Positions 30,623 to 41,231 of a stretch of DNA of 64,000 nucleotides are shown here, in pieces. The stretch is taken from assembly GCA_965219345.1 (NCBI GenBank), contig OZ244732.1, positions 1,504,001-1,568,000 on the forward strand, given 5' to 3'. This DNA comes from Nitrosopumilus sp. (lineage in GTDB: Archaea > Thermoproteota > Nitrososphaeria > Nitrososphaerales > Nitrosopumilaceae). Numbering within the stretch: the stretch's first letter is position 1; every line of letters begins with the position of its first letter. The position numbers and the translations under genes were made by a program. Under the pieces are notes generated by a model. That model saw only the letters and a program-made list of their open reading frames with translations, made no database searches and was not told where the DNA came from.

Positions 30623-31950
30623 TTGTCTGAAAACTCTGTTTTGAAAAAACTTTTTGAACCCAGTGACATTGTAATTTTGGTCTATTTTAGAATACTTTTT
30701 GGTGCTGTTATGCTTTGGGAAGTTTTTCGTTATTTTGATCATGGTTGGATTTCTAAATATTGGATAGATCCTGTGTTTAATTTTACATATTACGGGTTTG
30801 ACTGGTTAGAACCATGGCCTGGAGATGGAATGTATTTTCATTTCATTGTAATGGGGATTCTTTCGGTCTGTATTATGGTTGGATTCAAGTACCGAATCTC
30901 AACCATATTGTTTTTCTTTGCATTTTCATACATGTTTCTTTTAGAACAATCAAGATATCTCAATCACTTTTATTTGATTAGTCTTGTGAGCTTTATTCTA
31001 ATTTTTGTTCCTGCACACAAAGCATTTTCGATTGATTCTTGGTGGAATAAGAAACTCCGGACTGATTTTGTTCCTGCTTGGTCTCTGGCTTTTACGAATT
31101 ATAGTTGGCGTACCATATTTTTTTGGTGGTATTGCAAAAATTAATGAAGATTGGCTTAGTGGGAGGCCTTTAGACTCTTGGTTAGCAGAAAGAGCAGACA
31201 CATTTCCTATTCTTGGACAATTTTTCACAGAGACGTGGTTTGTTTACTTTTTTGCTTATAGTGGATTTTTACTTGATTTACTTGCTGTGCCATTTTTGCT
31301 GTAGAGACGCTCGAGAATCTTTGCATATGGAATTTTGGTAGCATTTCATGTTCTAAATGCACAACTATTCTCAATTGGAATATTCCCTTGGTTTATGATC
31401 TTTGCAACTTTGATCTTCTTTGAACCTAGCTGGCCACGAATTATCAAAAAATTCAAAGTAACAAAAAAACCTCAAACCAAAATCACATCTTTAACAAAAA
31501 ATCAGAAAATTGTTTTATCCTTGTTTTTGATTTTCATAATTTTTCAAATCGCAATGCTTCTAAGACACTATGCTTATCCTGGGAATGTGAGTTGGACTGA
31601 AGAAGGACATAATTTTTCCTGGCACATGAAGCTTCGTGATAAAGATACTTTACATATTGAATTTTTTGCAATATCTCCTAAAACTGGAAGTCTGGGATAT
31701 AGATCCTTATGATGATTTAACAGATAGGCAAGTCTCAAAAATGCCAACAAGACCAGATATGATTCTTTAGTATGGCCATTTTTTGGCAGAAAATTTTAGA
31801 GAAGATGGTTATGATGATATAGAAATTACTGTGGATGTCTTCTTCTCTCTTAATGGTAGAGATTTCCAAAGATTGATTGATCCTGATGTTAATCTTGCAA
31901 AAGAACCAGTTACAATTTTGCCAAAGTCATGGATAGTGCCATTAGATTGA
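30623..31950 (+). pseudogene. HTTM / vitamin K-dependent gamma-carboxylase-like gene, fragmented
   Basis: FRILFG, YLNHFYL, GGIAKINEDWL, WTEEGHNFSWHMKLR, RPDMIL; frameshifts near 31085 and 31695; TAG stops at 31302 and 31768. Confidence 0.88.
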
Positions 31951-31951
31951 A

Positions 31952-32332
31952 TCAATTGATTTTGATTTTCCTACTATGTGCTAAAAGACTGGCGGATCTT
32001 ACAAAAACTGCTTTTGGCGCTTTGCATCCTACATCACATGCTTCTTCTATGTTGGTTTGTTTAGGTGCTTTTCTTTTAGAAAAAAGAATTTCGTGAATTA
32101 ATGGTAAGAGTGCAGAGCGTCCACCATATGCATTTTCTCCATCAATAAACCAAAACATTTCAGTTGCTTTAGAATCAAGATGTTCTTTTCTTAGTTTTTC
32201 TCCCATTTCTGAATAATGCCCAATCAGAGCAATTTTTCCTCTTGCAAGAAAATTAACTGAATTTGCAAATTTTATACAAAGATGACATGCATTGTCATAA
32301 ATTATAATCGGTGCCATTTCCTGTATGTTCAT
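31952..32332 (-). CDS. DCC1-like thiol-disulfide oxidoreductase family protein
   Basis: IIYDNACHLC. Confidence 0.7.
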   Translation of the reverse strand: MNIQEMAPIIIYDNACHLCIKFANSVNFLARGKIALIGHYSEMGEKLRKEHLDSKATEMFWFIDGENAYGGRSALLPLIHEILFSKRKAPKQTNIEEACDVGCKAPKAVFVRSASLLAHSRKIKIN

Positions 32333-32544
32333 TGCTAATTTACAATATGATTATTTGATAATAACTTTTTAGAAACAATCATTGTAAATCCAGTACTATC
32401 ATTATGCCCGCATAGAAAACTAACTAAAAATCAGCCAAAATTTCTTTATTTTCTATACATCATCCATATTCTAGTTCCTATCAAAATTCCCACTGCGAGA
32501 ACTATCAGTAAAGGAACAATGATTTGACCCTCAGTCATTATACA

Positions 32545-32721
32545 TCATATATCTTTGATGAGTGATTTTATTTTTGCCACAAGCTCAGGAGTTACCTCCA
32601 AGTCTTTGTGGTCTATTTTGGCGTGTTCTGCTACTTTTCCCATCAATTCCTCTTCTGTTTCTGCAGTTGCAGACCATCCACAGCCAGATCCTCCATCTGC
32701 ACAGGCAATACTTTTTGTCAT
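32545..32721 (-). CDS. DUF1059-like small metal-binding protein (not in ORF track)
   Basis: MTKSIACADGGSGCGWSATAETEEELMGKVAEHAKIDH...IKSLIKDI. Confidence 0.75.
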   Translation of the reverse strand: MTKSIACADGGSGCGWSATAETEEELMGKVAEHAKIDHKDLEVTPELVAKIKSLIKDI

Positions 32722-32814
32722 AAATAAAATCTATTTTACAAGTATTTATCGAATTTACCCAATCTGAATTTCTCAAAAAATAGAATAATAAAGAGAGTCA
32801 TATCACTTAATTCA

Positions 32815-33285
32815 GTGACAGAACCATTTCCAGAAGGATTTCATACAGCTACACCTGGTTTAGTTGTAAGCGATTCCAAAGAAGCAATTGAATTTTATAA
32901 AAATGCATTTGGTGCTACTGAAATTTATCGATTTCCAACACCAGATGGAAAAATCATGCATGCAATGATTCAGATTGGTGATTCAAAAGTTATGATGTCT
33001 GATGAATTCCCAGAGATGGGTGCTAAATCACCTAAAACAGTAGGTGGTACTCCAGTGAATATTCATTTGTATGTTGAAGATGCAGACAAGACATTCAATC
33101 AGGCCGTAGAGGCAGGAGCTAAAGTAGATCTACCAATGATGGATGCTTTTTGGGGCGATAGATATGGTAAGATAACTGATCCGTTTGGTCATTCATGGTC
33201 TATAGCAACACCACTGAAGAGTCTGAGTGCAGAAGAGATTCAAAAAGCAGGCAATGAATATTTTGCCAATATGACAAAACAATAA
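32815..33285 (+). CDS. VOC/PhnB-family glyoxalase-like protein
   Basis: AIEFYKNAFGA, DAFWGDRYG..DPFGHSW. Confidence 0.9.
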   Translation: MTEPFPEGFHTATPGLVVSDSKEAIEFYKNAFGATEIYRFPTPDGKIMHAMIQIGDSKVMMSDEFPEMGAKSPKTVGGTPVNIHLYVEDADKTFNQAVEAGAKVDLPMMDAFWGDRYGKITDPFGHSWSIATPLKSLSAEEIQKAGNEYFANMTKQ

Positions 33286-33330
33286 CTACTTTTTTTAATT
33301 CTTAAAATAATAGATTACCACACAAAATTT

Positions 33331-33528
33331 GTGGAGGGTTCAGAAATAGCGAAACGTGACCATCAGAGAAATAAATCTGAAATTGTAAAATTAGTGAAAG
33401 AAATGTTTGTTTTAGAAAAATGGGGTGATGAAGAATATAAGAAAAAACTACAAGAATTAGTCATGAAAGATGATGAACTAATTAGAGATGTTATTAAAAA
33501 AATAAAGTTAGAAAAAGGCTTGGAATGA
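33331..33528 (+). CDS. Hypothetical protein
   Basis: 65-aa ORF followed closely by the next ORF. Confidence 0.55.
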   Translation: MEGSEIAKRDHQRNKSEIVKLVKEMFVLEKWGDEEYKKKLQELVMKDDELIRDVIKKIKLEKGLE

Positions 33529-33531
33529 ATA

Positions 33532-33870
33532 ATGTATGAGGATCTAAAAACAACTATCTCAATAAAGATAAAAAGATTAGATATTTTCCCAAATCATTTT
33601 TTTGGAAGTGCTGAGATAAATGGCAAAGATTACAAAATTAACATTCAAGGTCAGAGTATGTTTAGATCAAAATTAATCAAACTACCAGTAAACTTCAAAG
33701 ATGAAAAGGCATTATTACGTCTAAGCGGAACCAACGATGCTTTTTTTGAAGATATTGTGAGCTACAAAGGCGAATCAGAATGGATAGAAGTAGATTCAGA
33801 TGGTATTTTGTATTATTTAGCAGATCACCAAGATCAAATTAAGACTATAGATATTCTTAGTAGATTCTAA
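33532..33870 (+). CDS. Hypothetical protein
   Basis: 112-aa ORF. Confidence 0.65.
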   Translation: MYEDLKTTISIKIKRLDIFPNHFFGSAEINGKDYKINIQGQSMFRSKLIKLPVNFKDEKALLRLSGTNDAFFEDIVSYKGESEWIEVDSDGILYYLADHQDQIKTIDILSRF

Positions 33871-33917
33871 AATCCAAAAATAGTTTAGATTAAATTAGTA
33901 AATTAGAAACAAAATTC

Positions 33918-34214
33918 ATGGCAGATAAGATAACAGCACAAGATCTCAAGGCTCGAAAAGATGAATTTGTAATAATTGATGTTAGAGAGGCTGATGAGAT
34001 AGAGAGTGGAAAGATTGAAAGTTCTACTAACATGCCACTAGGTTTGACAATTAGAAACGCAAAGAAAAAGCAGATAGAAGATATGCGAGGAAAGAAAATT
34101 TGCACTTATTGTGGAACTGGTTATCGAGGAAACATTGCAGCAGATGAACTAAACAAAGAGGGATTTGATGCAGTAACTCTAGATGGCGGCTTTGGTTCTT
34201 GGAATCAATCTTGA
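33918..34214 (+). CDS. Rhodanese-like domain protein
   Basis: IIDVRE..E...G.I, YCGTGYRG, LDGG. Confidence 0.88.
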   Translation: MADKITAQDLKARKDEFVIIDVREADEIESGKIESSTNMPLGLTIRNAKKKQIEDMRGKKICTYCGTGYRGNIAADELNKEGFDAVTLDGGFGSWNQS

Positions 34215-34457
34215 TTTTTTTAATTAGATTCTAAACCCATTTATTTTTCAAAGTGAAGTTCATGACAAATTCTACATGTCTTGTGTTTTGGTATGATAAT
34301 CCATTTATGTTTATGACTCATAGTTTCATTATGTCAAAACAATCCATAAAGAACATGGAAGTTTAGAGACATAAATGATTCCAAAATGGAACATAAACTT
34401 AACTAGATTCTAAACTCTTTTCGTATTCCTAAAATAACCGAATAAGGAAGATAATTT

Positions 34458-34835
34458 GTGAAATTAGCCATTATTGCATTATTATTCTTAATTCCAATCT
34501 CTGCATTTGCACAGGAGTCACAAACTGAAACAATCGAAGAAGACAGTCCAGTGAAATATGTTGTTGGTATTGGGTTAATCTTTATCATAATATTAGCAAT
34601 TATTGCTGGGAGATACAGAAAAAAATTCATAGCCCAATCGATGGCAAACATAGGTTGGACAGAGTCAGAGAAAGAACAAGTAAGAACCAGACAAGATGGA
34701 AAATGTGCAAAGTGCCAAAATCCGCCACCCGCAAAATGGGAATATTATCATATGGATGGTAATCTAACCAACAAGAGTTTAGAAAATTGTGAGGGATTGT
34801 GCCCTAATTGTTATTCCATAAAAACACAAGATTAG
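34458..34835 (+). CDS. Membrane-anchored HNH-like Zn-finger protein
   Basis: Signal + TM; CAKC...YHMDGNLTNKSLENCEGLCPNC (degenerate HNH). Confidence 0.65.
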   Translation: MKLAIIALLFLIPISAFAQESQTETIEEDSPVKYVVGIGLIFIIILAIIAGRYRKKFIAQSMANIGWTESEKEQVRTRQDGKCAKCQNPPPAKWEYYHMDGNLTNKSLENCEGLCPNCYSIKTQD

Positions 34836-34923
34836 ATTCCAATTTTGTTTTCAATCTTAATTGCTGTAATGTCTACAAGTTACAGGATCATTAATAAATC
34901 ATATGTTAACATAATACTATGCT

Positions 34924-35244
34924 ATGAGACGACTTAGTGATATCAAACATGAAAAAAATGAAATGGGGCAAATGAAATTATTATTAAACAAAATTAATGA
35001 AGACCTAAAAACAAATCAAGGTATTAGTGAAGAGATTTTTGATTCATTTAGTGAAAAATTAACAAACCCCATAGTGGGAATCAAGGCATATACTGATATG
35101 ATTTTGAATGGAAATTTTGGAGAATTAACACCGCTTCAACAAGAAAAGTTATCACGAGTAAAAGAAAACACTGAATTATTGATTGAAGTAGTAATGCAGA
35201 TGTTAGATAAAATCAAAGAAAGAAGAATTTTAACCTCTCAATAA
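34924..35244 (+). CDS. Stand-alone HisKA-like dimerisation domain protein
   Basis: SEKLTNPIVGIKAYTDMIL.G.FGELT..Q; the phospho-His of the usual SHEL motif is absent. Confidence 0.65.
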   Translation: MRRLSDIKHEKNEMGQMKLLLNKINEDLKTNQGISEEIFDSFSEKLTNPIVGIKAYTDMILNGNFGELTPLQQEKLSRVKENTELLIEVVMQMLDKIKERRILTSQ

Positions 35245-35253
35245 TAACTCAAA

Positions 35254-35955
35254 CTAACAAAAGTTCTGTGTCACATGAATTGTAAATGTATCTATTGAAA
35301 CTCCAATTCCTTCTTTACTAAAATTTGAGGTTAGGATATTTTTTTTGTGTCCGGGAGAGTCCATCCAACCTGAAACAGCTAGTTCAGCAATTGATTCTGG
35401 AGTGGACATGATTGATACTGAAGAACCTCTTACCATGTGGATGTTCTCACCAATTCCAGAGTAAATGAGATTACCAATCTGATATTGACATGTATAATCA
35501 GCTTCATTTGCTCTGTCTGTTGGATCCAATCCATCTGGTGTCTCATGAGCAAAATATTCATCGTTTGCCATGTCTATACTGTGCAATTTTGCAACAGAAG
35601 CTAATTCTTTATCATATTCTAAGGTCTTTAGACCATACTTTTCTCTTTCTAGATTAATTAATCGGTGAACTTCCATCTCAGCTAGTTCTTCTTTTGTCAT
35701 ATTGACCGTATCATAAGATTTTGTTGTATTGTCTGAAATTTGACTCAAGGAAAAAGTTCCTTTTTCAACAGTTTCAGTAATTGGAGTAATATCTTTCTTA
35801 ATTGCATCAAGTACAGAAAATGCTGAATCACTATTTATCGCACTAAAAAGAAACATACCGCCAGCTCCAACATTATCAATAAATGAACTAGGTCCGGCAC
35901 CAATAACTGCTAATCCTATAACAACAATGAGAAAAAAAATGATCAGAGTTTTCAT
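35254..35955 (-). CDS. CAP/SCP domain protein
   Basis: INLER, HSIDMA..YFAH, GENI, WMDSPGHKKNIL. Confidence 0.88.
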   Translation of the reverse strand: MKTLIIFFLIVVIGLAVIGAGPSSFIDNVGAGGMFLFSAINSDSAFSVLDAIKKDITPITETVEKGTFSLSQISDNTTKSYDTVNMTKEELAEMEVHRLINLEREKYGLKTLEYDKELASVAKLHSIDMANDEYFAHETPDGLDPTDRANEADYTCQYQIGNLIYSGIGENIHMVRGSSVSIMSTPESIAELAVSGWMDSPGHKKNILTSNFSKEGIGVSIDTFTIHVTQNFC

Positions 35956-36540
35956 TTTCCTAAATAATTATTATTCATTTGAAAGATATACAAAACTAAG
36001 AATTTCTACGTAATCTTTTAATGCCTGGAATCAAAATTATCGCAAAAAATAGATCTTAGGTATTACTCATAGTATTAGAAAACTAGGTAAAATTAACCAA
36101 AAAGTGATTCATTATAGCCAAACCCCTAAAATAATTGAACAACAAACAAAATTATGGGATTTCTCAAAAGTCTAAGTAAATACTGTATTCTAAAAAAGGT
36201 CAGAGACAAGGCAGATGACACTGAAGAAAAGTCAGACTCGTCATAATCCTTTCAAGATAGTTTGGAGTTATGGAATGAGAGAACATAGTTGGGTATTGGA
36301 TGTTTTGATAGGATTGGTATTAGGTTCTATACTTGTTTGGGCATTGACTCAGTTGGTATGATGATTTAGAAATGGCTTTAGAATCATGACTTTGTAGGTA
36401 TTAATTTGTGCTCAATTTTTGGATAACTAGTTGTAACTCTCAAATGTTACATACAGAAGCATAAAACCAAATAGTGAATTATGAAATATTGATGAGAGCA
36501 ATTTCTGAGTGTCTAGAAGTACGTAAAAACCCCCAAAGTA

Positions 36541-36894
36541 TTGGAGGAGTTAAAATGTGAAAAATGTAATGGTGAAGCCAGAGTTAATTCTTACGACGAA
36601 TTATGGTGTAAAAATTGTGCTATGCTAGTTAATGCATGTAACTGCCCTTTAACAAAACCACAACAAAACAATGTCTCAACTGATTTGGATAATATACAAC
36701 AATTACAAGTAGAATTAAATGGAAATATTCCTGCTTTAAATGAATTAAAACAATTACAACTTCTTTTTGAATATTATAATAAAAGAAACAAAGAAAAAAC
36801 ACTTCAATTAAAAGAAGCCTATAAAGAACTTGAAGAACAAACACAACACATTAAGTATTTAGAGAATCTTTTGAATAAATCTAAACTCACTTGA
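36541..36894 (+). CDS. Zn-ribbon + coiled-coil hypothetical protein
   Basis: CEKC...CKNC..CNC. Confidence 0.6.
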   Translation: MEELKCEKCNGEARVNSYDELWCKNCAMLVNACNCPLTKPQQNNVSTDLDNIQQLQVELNGNIPALNELKQLQLLFEYYNKRNKEKTLQLKEAYKELEEQTQHIKYLENLLNKSKLT

Positions 36895-36932
36895 CAAGTC
36901 AAACTTAGATTCTGAACCCTTTTTTACAATAA

Positions 36933-37130
36933 CTATCTCCGAGAGCACCTACATTCCACATAAACTATTTTGAATTCTCCATCTGCTTTGATATTATGTG
37001 ATAATGGCCTACGACATTGCTGACATTCTACAAATCCATGATATTCTTCAACTTTGATCAATTTATGATCCCATGATTTTTTCTCTTCATTCCAAAATAC
37101 AGAATTGATTTCAGTTGGATTATCTGTCAT
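36933..37130 (-). CDS. Small Cys-containing hypothetical protein
   Basis: CQQC...CRC. Confidence 0.65.
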   Translation of the reverse strand: MTDNPTEINSVFWNEEKKSWDHKLIKVEEYHGFVECQQCRRPLSHNIKADGEFKIVYVECRCSRR

Positions 37131-37558
37131 ACATTATCTGGCACTAATCTAAGAATTAAGTTCGTGCTTCATAATTCGGCAAACTCATCACGATTAAGAG
37201 GAATCAGAGAGAACACCTTGATATAATCATCAGCATACCTACTGGAATTTTTAAATTATAAAATGCTTTGATCGCACTTGATCTAGGAATAAAATAACAA
37301 AAATTTCTTTAGCAAAGTGTAATTATTTTTTATCCTAATTTTTTATCTCAAATACAATTTTACTCCATTTATTGAGTCAGGAATATCTCGCGGTATTAGC
37401 TGGGGGCCCAAAAGCTCACATAAACTAGTTAATGCATGACAAGGTCTCCAAAATAAAGGAGACTGACTTTTTTTCAGATTAAATTAAACACAATAAATTT
37501 TCCAAAAATTAACCATGCAATGGTATAATTATGGCAATCGTCCATTGATCATTATAAT

Positions 37559-38419
37559 ATGTCCAGATACGAAAATCCAAAAATCAATGTGAATGTGGGC
37601 GCCGCTAAAGGCGTTATGATTGGAATTGTCGTACTAATAATTATTGGAGTAGTAGTAGCTTCTGCAGTACAAATTGTAGATGCAGGACATAGAGGCGTCT
37701 TACTTCATTGGAATGCAGTTGATATTCAAGCTCAACCACTTAATGAAGGGCTTCATTTTGTAATGCCATTTGCAGACTCTGTTGTGAATATGGAAGTCAG
37801 GACACTAAAGTATGTGAAATCAACATCTTCAGCTTCTAAAGATCTTCAGACAGTATCCACTGCAATTACAGTAAACTATCACCCATCACCTGATTCAGTT
37901 AATTTCCTCTTTAAAGAGGTCGGCCTTGACTATGAGAACAGAATCATTCAACCAACAATAGAAGAAGTTGTAAAACAAATTACTGCAAATTATAATGCAG
38001 AAGAACTTATCACAAAAAGACCTCTGGTAAAATCTGATATTGAATCAGAGATTAGTTCTCGTTTAGGTGCATTCAATATTGTTACTGAAGTTGTCTCTAT
38101 TACAGACTTTCAATTTTCAGCACTATTTGCACGAGCAATTGAAGATAAAGTAGAGGCAGAACAAAAAGCACTAAAGGCAGAAAATGACCTTAAAAGAATT
38201 GAGGTAGAGGCAAGACAACATGAAGCCGAGGCCGTTGGTATTGCTGCCGCAAACATTGCACAAGCTAATGGTGAAGCAGAAGCAATTAGAATCATCAATG
38301 AAGCATTATCAAACAACCCACACTATTTGGAATGGCTAAAGACACAAGCATGGAATGGAGTATTACCATTGGTAGTTGGTGAAGGCGGAACACCATTCAT
38401 TGCAATACCAACTGAATAA
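37559..38419 (+). CDS. SPFH/prohibitin family protein
   Basis: AGHRGV, EGLHF, SKDLQTV, AIEDKVEAEQ. Confidence 0.92.
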   Translation: MSRYENPKINVNVGAAKGVMIGIVVLIIIGVVVASAVQIVDAGHRGVLLHWNAVDIQAQPLNEGLHFVMPFADSVVNMEVRTLKYVKSTSSASKDLQTVSTAITVNYHPSPDSVNFLFKEVGLDYENRIIQPTIEEVVKQITANYNAEELITKRPLVKSDIESEISSRLGAFNIVTEVVSITDFQFSALFARAIEDKVEAEQKALKAENDLKRIEVEARQHEAEAVGIAAANIAQANGEAEAIRIINEALSNNPHYLEWLKTQAWNGVLPLVVGEGGTPFIAIPTE

Positions 38420-38427
38420 TTTTTAGT

Positions 38428-38733
38428 TTAATCTTTTTTCTCAGTATCTGATTTGTCTCTTATCGAATCATACATTGCAAGGAACTGATCAGGTTCATGT
38501 TGTCTGTAACGTTTTTGGAGCTGCATAATCTCTTTATCTGAAATTTTCTCTCCCTTGAATTCGTGGTATTCTTTGATGATTTGAAATTGAGTTTTTTTAA
38601 TCTTGTATTCTTTTAGAGTAGCGTTAACTGTTCTATTGCACATAAAATCATTAATTACAAAACGATATACCAAATAGCCAGCAATTCCAATAACAGCAAC
38701 TATTACTATGGGAATAATGATAAAGAATACCAT
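38428..38733 (-). CDS. Membrane-anchored hypothetical protein
   Basis: N-terminal TM, 101 aa. Confidence 0.7.
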   Translation of the reverse strand: MVFFIIIPIVIVAVIGIAGYLVYRFVINDFMCNRTVNATLKEYKIKKTQFQIIKEYHEFKGEKISDKEIMQLQKRYRQHEPDQFLAMYDSIRDKSDTEKKD

Positions 38734-38875
38734 AATTTTTTACTAATTTACTTAGTATTTCATTGTATATATTCCCAAAAACTTGATTTTGTTAAACAAA
38801 TCACGCATGACAAAATTAGACTCATCTAATTAGTTTGCTCTAATTTTCAAACCGTTTAAATGAATAATTTACAAT

Positions 38876-39058
38876 ATGACAAATATGAAACAAGACTCAT
38901 GTAGAACATGTGGAATAGAATTAAAAGTAAAGAAAACATGTAATGTTTGTACTCAAGCAAATCAATTCTTTTGCCACAACTGTGGATATGAGACTGAAGA
39001 ACAAATTCACTCTCAATGTATGTTGATAAGCTGTAATCATGCCTTGCTAAGTGCATAG
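38876..39058 (+). CDS. Small Cys-rich protein
   Basis: CRTC, CNVC, CHNC, H..C. Confidence 0.65.
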   Translation: MTNMKQDSCRTCGIELKVKKTCNVCTQANQFFCHNCGYETEEQIHSQCMLISCNHALLSA

Positions 39059-39120
39059 TTAATCATTCTAAATTATTGATGATTTGAAAATTTTATAACT
39101 AGTTTTTTAGGAATCACCCC

Positions 39121-39354
39121 ATGACTGATAAAACTGATATTTCTGAACAAGATCTATTTGTGACGGAATTTCCAAAAAAGGGCTATGGCATTGTAGATTA
39201 TCTTCAAGGAAGAGTACATTTTGCTTTGCTTGATCAAATGAAACTAATGACAAAATCTGGAATGACACAATCACAAATCAAAGAAACAATCATTGCTAAT
39301 GTGACTGAAATAATAGATAACTTTGAACCAGAAAAAGGATCAAAAAGTCTTTGA
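39121..39354 (+). CDS. Hypothetical protein
   Basis: 77-aa ORF. Confidence 0.6.
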   Translation: MTDKTDISEQDLFVTEFPKKGYGIVDYLQGRVHFALLDQMKLMTKSGMTQSQIKETIIANVTEIIDNFEPEKGSKSL

Positions 39355-39490
39355 ATCCATCATTCCTGATTCCGCCATAATGATTTTGTGGCATTTACAA
39401 TAACAGTTAGTATGCGGCATATCGTTATTGTTTCTATACTTGCATTCTTTTGTGTGGTCTATCATTGACAATTTTTAGACCGATGTTATG

Positions 39491-39901
39491 TTACGCTAAA
39501 GTTGGGTCGCCGCTCAATATGTTTAGTACATGTTCAACAATTTGTTTTTGACCTCCTGCATGAAGATCAGTTCGTACTTGATCAGAACCCAAACTAACAA
39601 AAATTAGATTATCTTCTCCTAGAGGAAAAGTCATTCTTGTAATTTTTTCAAATGCTGCTATTGCGTATAATCCCTTTCCAATTTTTGGACTCAATTCATT
39701 TCTTCCTTTCCATGCAACTGCAGCTCTTTTGAGCGATGCTTCGGTCTCTTCTTTAGATAGATAGTTTGTAACTCCAGGACGATGGTGTATAGCAAGTATT
39801 TTTCCTTCATTATCCGAAATTATACTATGTCTGATGTTAGGGTCAGAGTTCATTATCCTCATTAAGAGATTCATAAAATCCATCCTTTTTTCTAGGATCA
39901 A
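39491..39901 (-). CDS. Thaumarchaeal roadblock/profilin-like (DUF6659-like) protein
   Basis: DPNIRH.II....G...RPG....LS...IGKGLYAIAAFEKITRMTFPL. Confidence 0.65.
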   Translation of the reverse strand: MILEKRMDFMNLLMRIMNSDPNIRHSIISDNEGKILAIHHRPGVTNYLSKEETEASLKRAAVAWKGRNELSPKIGKGLYAIAAFEKITRMTFPLGEDNLIFVSLGSDQVRTDLHAGGQKQIVEHVLNILSGDPTLA

Positions 39902-39924
39902 ATATTACTTAAGGGATCTCCAGA

Positions 39925-40404
39925 TTAACTGCCTTGAGAATTTGCAGTTTTTTCATAAAAAAATTCCTGTTTTTTTAATTTTTTTTCAGAAATAATCCTA
40001 CATTTTCTCATGGGAACCAAACTGGAAATTTCTTCATACGTACTCATATCTATGATATCTTTAGCATAAGCAATTTGCAATAGAGGTGGCCTTTCCTCAA
40101 TCATTGGTTTTACTTGCTCATATCCACTGCTTTGTCTCATCCCTGTTCTAAATAATCCAATATGCTTGTCACTCTTTGATATTTGGGGATCTTGATAACA
40201 ACAAATTGCATACTCGTCATCCTTTTTTTCAATAACTGTTAATCTTGTGAATTTTTCACTCCAATTTTCTATTTCTTTAGCAAGAGAAATGGCCTCTTCT
40301 TTGTCTTCAAATACCGTTGAAACTACAAATCTCTCTTTTTCATATGCCCATAAGATTCCAAAATTCCCATGCCAATCAATTTCAAAGGACATGTATTTTA
40401 TCAA
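39925..40404 (-). CDS. Hypothetical protein
   Basis: 159-aa ORF. Confidence 0.7.
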   Translation of the reverse strand: MIKYMSFEIDWHGNFGILWAYEKERFVVSTVFEDKEEAISLAKEIENWSEKFTRLTVIEKKDDEYAICCYQDPQISKSDKHIGLFRTGMRQSSGYEQVKPMIEERPPLLQIAYAKDIIDMSTYEEISSLVPMRKCRIISEKKLKKQEFFYEKTANSQGS

Positions 40405-40608
40405 GAAATTATCAAATTAATGCTTTCGAATTTTGAGATCATTAAAGATAGAAATCCTAAAAAATAGTTTTATTTTTTCATTCCAATTAAACAAACGTTT
40501 GAACAATACAATAATTTCTTTTATAGTTCGAGCCTAACATAGTATTGACGACTTCGTTTAGTGGTCTAGGCATGCTATAAACGACCACTATTCCAAGACG
40601 TCGTTAAT

Positions 40609-40752
40609 CTATTTTTTTAACAATGCTTCTGCTGGTGACTTGTCTTTGTTTGATTCCCAATGCCAATTATGATGTTTCTTCCAATGTTCATCTAATTCAT
40701 CTGTAGTCGGTTCTTTTCCAAGTGGAGATCCACATAATTTACATTGTTTCAT
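40609..40752 (-). CDS. C2H2-like microprotein (not in ORF track)
   Basis: MKQCKLCGSPLGKEPTTDELDEHWKKHHNWHWESNKDKSPAEALLKK. Confidence 0.65.
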   Translation of the reverse strand: MKQCKLCGSPLGKEPTTDELDEHWKKHHNWHWESNKDKSPAEALLKK

Positions 40753-40863
40753 TTTTTGAATCCTTTAATTTTTTCTTTTTTGATTTAATTGTGGGATGAC
40801 ATCGTACAGGTAAATTTTCATCATTATCCATTTACTTGAATTAAAAGTTGTACAAAATTAAGA

Positions 40864-41198
40864 GTTTTGTTATTTTCTCTTTTTCTTAAACGAAGTGAAT
40901 TTCTCTCTTTTCTTTTTCATTTCTAAACCTCTAATCTGATATGTCTTTCCAGTTTCACAGAGTTTCATTTCTCCAGTGATTTCGTCATGTATGGATTCTA
41001 GTAAGTCATTAGATAATAACTCTCCAACAATCTCTCCCCCGCTCTACTTTCTGAAATCTCAAATTTATATGGAATTGTTGAAACTTTGCTGAAATAATCA
41101 TTTTGTGAATTTCTCAAAATAAACTGTTCAATTTTTTGCTCTCTAGTTAAGGAAGGCTCTTTTCTTTTGAATTTCCTAAATGGTCTTCTTTCTGACAA
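40864..41198 (-). pseudogene. Frameshifted hypothetical gene
   Basis: Reads ...ISESRA then shifts frame to EIVGELLSNDLLESIHDEITGEMKLCETG; 3' boundary approximate. Confidence 0.5.
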
Positions 41199-41231
41199 TA
41201 TTTTTTTTAATATTTTCTAATATTTTAGCTA

